Assembly (NCBI GenBank): GCA_046761065.1 | Contig: JBHIFL010000105.1 | Coordinates: 1-12,060, forward strand | DNA from: Candidatus Heimdallarchaeota archaeon | GTDB lineage: Archaea > Asgardarchaeota > Wukongarchaeia > Wukongarchaeales > JBHIFL01 | Direction of reading: 5' to 3' | Length of the DNA stretch: 12,060 nt | Part shown: one piece after another, positions 6,047 through 12,060 of the stretch | Numbering within the stretch: the first letter of the stretch is position 1 | Layout: the number at the start of each line of letters is the position of its first letter | The notes under the pieces: generated by a model | The model's database searches: none | Told to the model about the DNA's origin: nothing | What the model saw: the letters and a program-made list of their open reading frames with translations, nothing else | Position numbers and translations under genes: made by a program

Positions 6047-8191
6047 ATGAAAATAGACGCGTATGGTTGTTCAAAGCTATTTTTACTCACCTTGACCCTA
6101 TCGATGATTGTCCAAAATAATGGTATTAACGTATTATTTTCCTTAAATTCAAAGCTGGAGTCTAGTCCTAAGTGGCAACAGGCTAGAATAGCTGGAACGG
6201 AGCTCTGGTTGGGGATATCTGAAGAAGAGCTTCAAAGTGTGATTGAAGAACTTGCGGACCAAGGAGTTAACATGTTCTGTCTTGATATAGGAATTACAAA
6301 TGATTATAACCTATTTTTACATCCAGATGAAGCCATCTTATTTGTCAAACGGGTATGTGAGCTTGCACATTCGCATCAAATTCAAGTGTTTGTATACCTT
6401 TCAGGTTTTGAATTGCAAACGTTTGATGCAGAAAATAACGACCATTCCATCTTACAGGATCATCCAGACTGGATCCAACAAGATCTCAATGGACAACTTG
6501 CAGTCTTTGATTATGAATATGCACGTAAGCATAACATTCACTGGCTCTTAGAGGAAGGAATGGAAGAAGATGCTTGGATAACTCCGTACGCGAGGGAGTG
6601 GCGAGCCCAATTTATGGATATAGTGCGAAAACTAGCGGGGACAGGAGTGGATGCCCTCTATGTTGATACCGCATATTGGATGTCCCATTTTTCCGGATGG
6701 GAGAATTCATGGGCAAGCTTTGACTCCTATACAATGAAGGCTTTTACAATAACTACAGGACTGAACCCTCCCACTAAAAACGTAATCGGCGATTTGGATG
6801 ATTTTTCGTTCTATTCTTGGGCCCTTTTCCGTCGAAAAGCAATTACTGATTTTTTCACAGATATCAAGTCCAATGCGACGTCGATTGCTCCGGAGATTGC
6901 CGTTATTGCTGAATGTTTCCCTGCATTTACACGACACGCGTTACTGACCGGGTCAGACCCTATGTTTCTCTGGGATGTTGTTGATCTCGTCACCCACGAA
7001 TTTGGATTTCATCAAGGGGAAGGAGGAGCTGATGCCTATACCCCACTAAATTGGCTACTTCAAGTATCCGCCATAGTACTTCTCCGTGGGATTGATCAAA
7101 TCCATCCTACTTGGATTTTGAGTTATGCTCGCTCCCCTGAAGCCTCCGCGGTTTTAGCAGCCACTATTGTGATGCTTGGTGGTAATTTTTGGGAGACTAA
7201 AGACCCCATAATGACTGGTACTGTAGACGAATCATATCGTAAGGCGTTATTTAATTGGGTTGAAACATACGAAGACGATATTTATGGGGGATGGGAAATC
7301 CCTCACGCTATAGGTATTTATTTCTCCGAAAACACACGCGATTTTGTGTTTTACCCTGATTCCATCAGTGAAGACGCAACTGATTATGATTATATCGGAG
7401 GGCCTCACATCAAGGAGCTTTTAGGCACAGTTATGATGGCTTTCAGATCTCATCTACCAATAAAGGTAGTAACATACCGCGATTTGCCTGAATTAAACCA
7501 TACATGTGATTTACTCTATTTACCGAATGTGGCAGCTATGAGTGACGAAGAAGCTGAACTTATAACACAATATGCGGCATCTCACCCCCTCATTGTTACA
7601 GGTTCATCATCCCAGTATTACGAAGATGGGAAAGAAAGGGAGAATAATGCTCTTGCTGACCTGATAAAGAATGGGTCGACCAATCGCCTGCTTCACGAAG
7701 CGGAAGGTACTCATCTCTTTATCAAAGAAACTCCGGGGTATGATTTCTTCCTACGAATGGTCTCAAACGAAGATGAGGCTCTCAGTTTTTCAACGAGTCC
7801 GGAAGAATATCTGTTTCTCGAACTTCTCGATGAAGCCAGTTATCAGAACCCGATTCAAACGAATGCGCCGCCGTCTGTAATCATCCAACCATATTCTCGA
7901 GCTGGGGAGCTAAACATACGAATCATCAATCTCTCTGGACTTGGAAATGGGCAAAGGGTTCCTGAACCAGTAACCTTCAGCCTTGCGATGAAGGCTAATG
8001 ATCTCACGGTATCTATTGAACAAGCAGATGTTGAGTTAGCAGCTATACTTGTAGAGCAAGAAGGAGCCTTTGAAGTGATTCCCTATCATATTGCGCTCCA
8101 TAACAAAGTACATTACATTGTAATTTCTAATATGATTGGGGTAGGGGTTATTCTTTTAGTTTACAAAATCAGACGAAAAAGGACGTGGTAG
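6047..8191 (+). CDS. Probably exported glycoside hydrolase-like protein (TIM barrel plus GH42-type trimerisation/class I GATase-like domain)
   Basis: 714 aa, acidic. Hydrophobic N-terminus (KLFLLTLTLSMIV). TIM-barrel-like motifs ELADQGVNM, ELAHSHQIQVFVY, DHPDWIQQDLNG, GVDALYVD. GATase-like DLLYLPNVAAMSDEEAELITQYA..LIVTG. Hydrophobic then basic C-terminus. Confidence 0.7.
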   Translation: MKIDAYGCSKLFLLTLTLSMIVQNNGINVLFSLNSKLESSPKWQQARIAGTELWLGISEEELQSVIEELADQGVNMFCLDIGITNDYNLFLHPDEAILFVKRVCELAHSHQIQVFVYLSGFELQTFDAENNDHSILQDHPDWIQQDLNGQLAVFDYEYARKHNIHWLLEEGMEEDAWITPYAREWRAQFMDIVRKLAGTGVDALYVDTAYWMSHFSGWENSWASFDSYTMKAFTITTGLNPPTKNVIGDLDDFSFYSWALFRRKAITDFFTDIKSNATSIAPEIAVIAECFPAFTRHALLTGSDPMFLWDVVDLVTHEFGFHQGEGGADAYTPLNWLLQVSAIVLLRGIDQIHPTWILSYARSPEASAVLAATIVMLGGNFWETKDPIMTGTVDESYRKALFNWVETYEDDIYGGWEIPHAIGIYFSENTRDFVFYPDSISEDATDYDYIGGPHIKELLGTVMMAFRSHLPIKVVTYRDLPELNHTCDLLYLPNVAAMSDEEAELITQYAASHPLIVTGSSSQYYEDGKERENNALADLIKNGSTNRLLHEAEGTHLFIKETPGYDFFLRMVSNEDEALSFSTSPEEYLFLELLDEASYQNPIQTNAPPSVIIQPYSRAGELNIRIINLSGLGNGQRVPEPVTFSLAMKANDLTVSIEQADVELAAILVEQEGAFEVIPYHIALHNKVHYIVISNMIGVGVILLVYKIRRKRTW

Positions 8192-8258
8192 AACATTACT
8201 TGGGTTTTGCTCCAGCCAATCTTACAATATAATAGTAAGCAAAATGAATTCAATTAAA

Positions 8259-8284
8259 TAATCCGATGTATCTTTCATCGGTTA
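8259..8284. terminator. Small hairpin between convergent genes, possible terminator or 3' structure
   Basis: CCGATG (8263-8268) pairs with CATCGG (8276-8281) around a 7-nt loop, extendable by TAA/TTA with one bulge; AT-rich flanks. Confidence 0.25.
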
Positions 8285-8353
8285 AACACCAATCAGATTT
8301 ATGAATCCTGTGTATCAAGGAGTTTCAAATGCATTTGATCGCCTAGTTTTACT

Positions 8354-11300
8354 TTATAGCTGCTCTGTTCCTGACTCTTGAGTCATTTCAAAAAATTTCA
8401 TTAGTTTGGCCTTCACTGTTGGATTGGGAGAGTAGGTCTTCATCGTCTGCGCAAACTTTTGAGCTATTTGAGCTAGCTTTGCAATATCCTCCGCTGGTAA
8501 TTCCCCGGTTTCAATCAGGAAAGATAAGGCATCTAAAACTCTCTTGGCAGGTTTTACGAAAGGGATTTGAAGGGTGGGATCTTTGAGAATCTGTGTGAGC
8601 AGGCTTGTTGCGTGCTCTAAATTGATTTGCTCCATTTTCATCTTTAGCAACGCCCCAAGACCCTCTCGGATGAAGCGTCCACAGTCGATCAGAACAAGTT
8701 CTTCACTTCCGACGGCTAACAGGTCGCTTAAGACTTCGTCTTCTTCTTCAAACTCGATCAAAGACTCTTGAAGGTCTTCAGGAGGTACTTGCGCGTTCGG
8801 TACATCATCTTGGGCTAATTGGGTGTAAATACGGCGAATTTCAGCTGCCATCTGTTCATTAATGTCGAAAATTGCGGCTTCTAAATCTTTAACGTCCGAA
8901 TTGAAATTCGTCAGAGCATTTGCACTTTTCTCTGCCAGTTCTTGGGAGGTATCTCCTTGGTTTATGCGGCCCATAATTGCTTCGAATTCACACACCCGTG
9001 TTTTATTTGGTAAGAACGCTCCAGCAAGGGAGAAAGCCTCAAGTAAGTTCGCAAAGTTGTTAACTGGAGGTATGTGGTCCAAATTAACTATTATTCTTAA
9101 AAGATCTATTACAAGCGCTACAGCCCTCTTCATTGCTTCAACTGGTTGGGTTTTTACTAAGGTTTCTATCTCTGTGATGCAGTGATAGACTCGTGGATAG
9201 CCGCTGCCCACTGAAAATAAGTCCTCAAACATCTGCAAAATATCGGTGGTAAAGATATTCGGATCGAATGGTCCCACACCTGGTGAGAGGAGTGCCTCTT
9301 CAAGTTCGGGGTACAGATAATCGTTGATGTCGGGAACGCGGTGGATCCAGCTGATAAGTTGTTTTACACTTTTTGGGGGATGGTGTTGGTCTGTCTCATA
9401 GAGGTCGCGTAATGCTTCATGGATCGCAGTCTTCATGGCCGCCCAAGCAGTCGGCTTTTCTTCCCCAAATAGTTGCTTGGCTGCAATCCAGTCTTTGGCC
9501 AGTGTTCGAGTGCGTGAAATACATTCAGGATATTCCGAATCAGGTCTTATTTTAATTTCGGATGTTTTATCAAGGTTGATAGGGGCTTTCTCATCTAAGG
9601 CGTTTATCTCTCCATAGTTGGATGGGGCTTGTTTAATCTCGGTGGAAAGAGAGGGGGAATGAGTTTTTTCTCGATGTTTCTGAAGGAAAAGCCGCCCAAC
9701 CGGCGTGATTTCAATGGAAATCTCAGCAGGGAGTCCCCTCGAGGTCCCAAATTTGATGAGCCCCGATTCTTCAAGTCGCTTCAGTAATCCCTTTAGAGCA
9801 TCCTGGTCGAGGGGTTTTCCTTCAATTTCCGATTCTTGCATGGTAACTAAGCCAAGATATGGGACTGGCTTTCCCCTGGCTTCTAGTATCTCTAGGATGT
9901 TGGTAACGTGCTTTGAATTGGTAGCAAATATCTTTTCAAGGTCATAAGCCTGACTAAGCAATTCTTGGTCATCTTCAAGTGTCTGAACCACCTCCACCGG
10001 TACGATGGGATGTTGCTCAATAGGCACTGCCTTGTATTCCAGTTTACAGAGAAACGGGTGAACATGATCAGATCTCTTCACCAAAATAATATCATTTGCT
10101 CCTAACTGTTGGAGAAACTTTTGTTGGAACATGTCATATCGCATTTTTCCTAGATCCAAGTATTTCTCAATGAATCGGGCCGCATCCGGAGAAAGCGTTG
10201 AGATGATTAAACTCCGTGAGAATATCCCCCATGTGGGCTCCCAAAGCACCTCCGGGGCTGCTCCTAAGGTGAGGAGTCCAACGTTGACACGTCCCAATTC
10301 GATGAGGATGGGCAGAAAGTTGTCAAGCCGCTGATTCGTTCTCCAATCCCCTTTTCGTAAGAAAAAATCAATATCATCCAACACTAAGATAAGATCTTTG
10401 CAGGCATGTCCCTCGTCTCGTTGGCTTCGGCGAAAGGCGAGTAGTTTGCTTATTATTAGTGTGATGAAGAATTTTTTGAATAAGGGAGTAAATTGCCTTG
10501 AAAGATCGATTATGACAGTATTTCCCTCCTTAAGAAGGGTCTCAAGGGTTTTAATTGTGGATTGATTAGGCTCTGCGCTGATGGCAGCGCCTGCTAGACC
10601 ATGTAAAAGCGGATGCAGGAGTGCGGCAACTGATCTAAGACCATACGTATCAAAATAGAATGAGGCTGAGGAAATCGCACCTTCATCCTCTGAAAGTTCT
10701 CCCAACAGCACTCGATATAGCGCCTGCAGACTTATTTGGTCGCCCATATCCTCGTATAGCGTCAGAAGGAGGCCTGCTAACTCCCCTAATCGAGATTCAG
10801 GTAGTTCACAAAACAGGTTAAGTGCTCGTAGGAACAAATCTGTGTACTGTTCGGTCGATAGCCCCTCTGTAAAGAGGGGTGCCACTTGGAAATTAACTCC
10901 GGGCCTGAGAACGATACTTCCTGGTTTAGTTATGGTGTAATTTCCTGAAGTATCAAGGATAAGACAGGAATGCCCGTATTGTTGAACTTGGGTTAAGATT
11001 TTAGTTAGAATGCGTTTTCTCTGGTCCAAATCGACTGTGAAAATAGCTACATTATTTTGTAAAGCCTCTAAAGAAAGTCCAACCGGTTCGGCCTCTCGGG
11101 TACCTATCACTGCGTTCCCAAGCACAATGTCTGTTGGAAGACCTGGGGGAACTCTGAAAGTGGGCGTTGGGGATGTATCCATCCGTTGGGGGAATTTTGT
11201 GAGTTGCATTATTGTCCTTGTATTCCCATATGTAAAAGACTGACCATTAGTGGTTGGGAAAAGGTCTGAGAGACGACGTGGGGTGATTCCTTTCAATTTA

Positions 11301-11806
11301 CTCGGTCTAAATTCAGTATTCCAAGCCCCAATGACCTTCAGGACGCGATCGTGATGAACTTTTTGCAAGTGTTCAAGAACCCCCCCTTCCTCTGATTGAG
11401 TGACTGCAGAGCTTTTCACATGGATATGTATATTAATTTTCCAAAAATCCGCTTTGAGAAGGCGTTTTATTCGTTGTTTATCTCGTTTTCTGATTTGAAT
11501 CGTATCTGGATGATTTTTAGTCGCGTTTACCCGTGAAATGTTCTTCATACTCTTTTTTTTCTCTCGTATTGGATTCCCGATCGGGAAAAGCGCGCATAAG
11601 ATGTCAACATCCGGTTCTACTTCACCAAGCCTCGCATAAAAATGATCAATGCAACCTTGGGTGCCAATGACTCCTTCGACCCGTAATACATTCAATAAAG
11701 TGATCTGTTTAGCTCCATCAGGGTCGGCAAGGTTTGTGATAGTAATCCATGAATCTGGAAACCTCTGATTTTTTGGCCCTTGGGATTCTGATAGTCGGTG
11801 TCTCAT
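8354..11806 (-). CDS. Large multidomain protein: degenerate HerA/DUF87-like P-loop ATPase domain, winged HTH, and three HEPN-like helical repeats
   Basis: 1150 aa. HerA-like scaffold DIVLG..PVGLSLEALQNNVAIF..SCLILDTSGNY..VLRPG..FQVAPL..VIIDLS..LILVLDDIDFF..ELGRVNVGLLTL. wHTH at about nt 9677-9913 (LKGLLKRLEESGLI..IEITPVGRLFL). Helical repeats at about nt 8438-9523. Confidence 0.7.
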   Translation of the reverse strand: MRHRLSESQGPKNQRFPDSWITITNLADPDGAKQITLLNVLRVEGVIGTQGCIDHFYARLGEVEPDVDILCALFPIGNPIREKKKSMKNISRVNATKNHPDTIQIRKRDKQRIKRLLKADFWKINIHIHVKSSAVTQSEEGGVLEHLQKVHHDRVLKVIGAWNTEFRPSKLKGITPRRLSDLFPTTNGQSFTYGNTRTIMQLTKFPQRMDTSPTPTFRVPPGLPTDIVLGNAVIGTREAEPVGLSLEALQNNVAIFTVDLDQRKRILTKILTQVQQYGHSCLILDTSGNYTITKPGSIVLRPGVNFQVAPLFTEGLSTEQYTDLFLRALNLFCELPESRLGELAGLLLTLYEDMGDQISLQALYRVLLGELSEDEGAISSASFYFDTYGLRSVAALLHPLLHGLAGAAISAEPNQSTIKTLETLLKEGNTVIIDLSRQFTPLFKKFFITLIISKLLAFRRSQRDEGHACKDLILVLDDIDFFLRKGDWRTNQRLDNFLPILIELGRVNVGLLTLGAAPEVLWEPTWGIFSRSLIISTLSPDAARFIEKYLDLGKMRYDMFQQKFLQQLGANDIILVKRSDHVHPFLCKLEYKAVPIEQHPIVPVEVVQTLEDDQELLSQAYDLEKIFATNSKHVTNILEILEARGKPVPYLGLVTMQESEIEGKPLDQDALKGLLKRLEESGLIKFGTSRGLPAEISIEITPVGRLFLQKHREKTHSPSLSTEIKQAPSNYGEINALDEKAPINLDKTSEIKIRPDSEYPECISRTRTLAKDWIAAKQLFGEEKPTAWAAMKTAIHEALRDLYETDQHHPPKSVKQLISWIHRVPDINDYLYPELEEALLSPGVGPFDPNIFTTDILQMFEDLFSVGSGYPRVYHCITEIETLVKTQPVEAMKRAVALVIDLLRIIVNLDHIPPVNNFANLLEAFSLAGAFLPNKTRVCEFEAIMGRINQGDTSQELAEKSANALTNFNSDVKDLEAAIFDINEQMAAEIRRIYTQLAQDDVPNAQVPPEDLQESLIEFEEEDEVLSDLLAVGSEELVLIDCGRFIREGLGALLKMKMEQINLEHATSLLTQILKDPTLQIPFVKPAKRVLDALSFLIETGELPAEDIAKLAQIAQKFAQTMKTYSPNPTVKAKLMKFFEMTQESGTEQL

Positions 11807-11956
11807 TCATCTCTTCTCCATTCCTTTGTTGGGAGTTTAGTTAAAAATCTTCAATAGGTCTGTCTTCATTACCTAACCTAACTAATTACTAATATTGTTC
11901 TGGCTCATTGATTCTGTTGTGATTCCATAATCTTGACAGGGATCTTCACAAAAACC

Positions 11957-12060
11957 CTAGGCTTTTGTTTTCGGTTCAAGTTCTTTCTTATCTAGCCCTT
12001 TTGATTGATGAACTTGAATCATATGGTAAGATCTATCATTTCTATACAAAGTAATGTTAC
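11957..12060 (-). CDS. Possible 3' end of a gene entering from the window edge
   Basis: One minus-strand frame is open from the edge (NITLYRNDRSYHMIQVHQSKGLDKKELEPKTKA) to TAG at 11957-11959. Too short to confirm. Confidence 0.25.
   Translation of the reverse strand, partial: NITLYRNDRSYHMIQVHQSKGLDKKELEPKTKA

Noticed and set aside
4585-7880. ORFs 4585-4824, 5329-5529, 5444-5740, 6300-6551, 6707-6937, 6811-6993, 7671-7880
   Set aside because: Alternative-frame or antisense overlaps of supported genes.
8574-11243. Several short + strand ORFs within the 1150-aa gene
   Set aside because: Antisense shadows with Ser-rich composition typical of the non-coding strand.
11973-12024. Inverted repeat TTCAAGTTC/GAACTTGAA with a minus-strand ATGA-N12-AA pattern resembling a SECIS
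   Set aside because: The 3' GA is out of register for the tandem G-A quartet, no selenoprotein gene is evident, and the stem may lie within a coding 3' end.
1-12060. CRISPR array, cas genes, tRNA or rRNA (looked for because of the CARF gene)
   Set aside because: No regularly spaced direct repeats, cas ORFs, cloverleaf or rRNA-like sequence seen.

Overview
Gene-dense window with eight intact CDSs and possibly the 3' end of a ninth. Archaeal-type gene families, TATA-like elements and GGAG-type ribosome-binding sites suggest an archaeal source; Asgard archaea is an unverified guess. In order: a HEAT-repeat protein with a degenerate HEPN/DUF4145-like C-terminal domain; a double-zinc-ribbon protein; an orphan SdhA/FrdA/NadB-family flavoprotein with an altered active site; a parvulin PPIase with a polybasic tail; a TrmB-type HTH regulator divergent from a CARF-wHTH (Csa3/DUF6293-like) regulator; a probably exported glycoside-hydrolase-like protein; and a 1150-aa protein with a degenerate HerA/DUF87-like ATPase, a winged helix and three HEPN-like helical repeats. 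I saw no tRNA, rRNA, CRISPR array, cas gene or mobile element. The most unusual points are the apparently inactivated HerA-wHTH-HEPN-like fusion, its shared domain with the first ORF, a CARF regulator without CRISPR context, and structured or palindromic intergenic DNA. All domain calls come from motif recognition by eye, not database searches.
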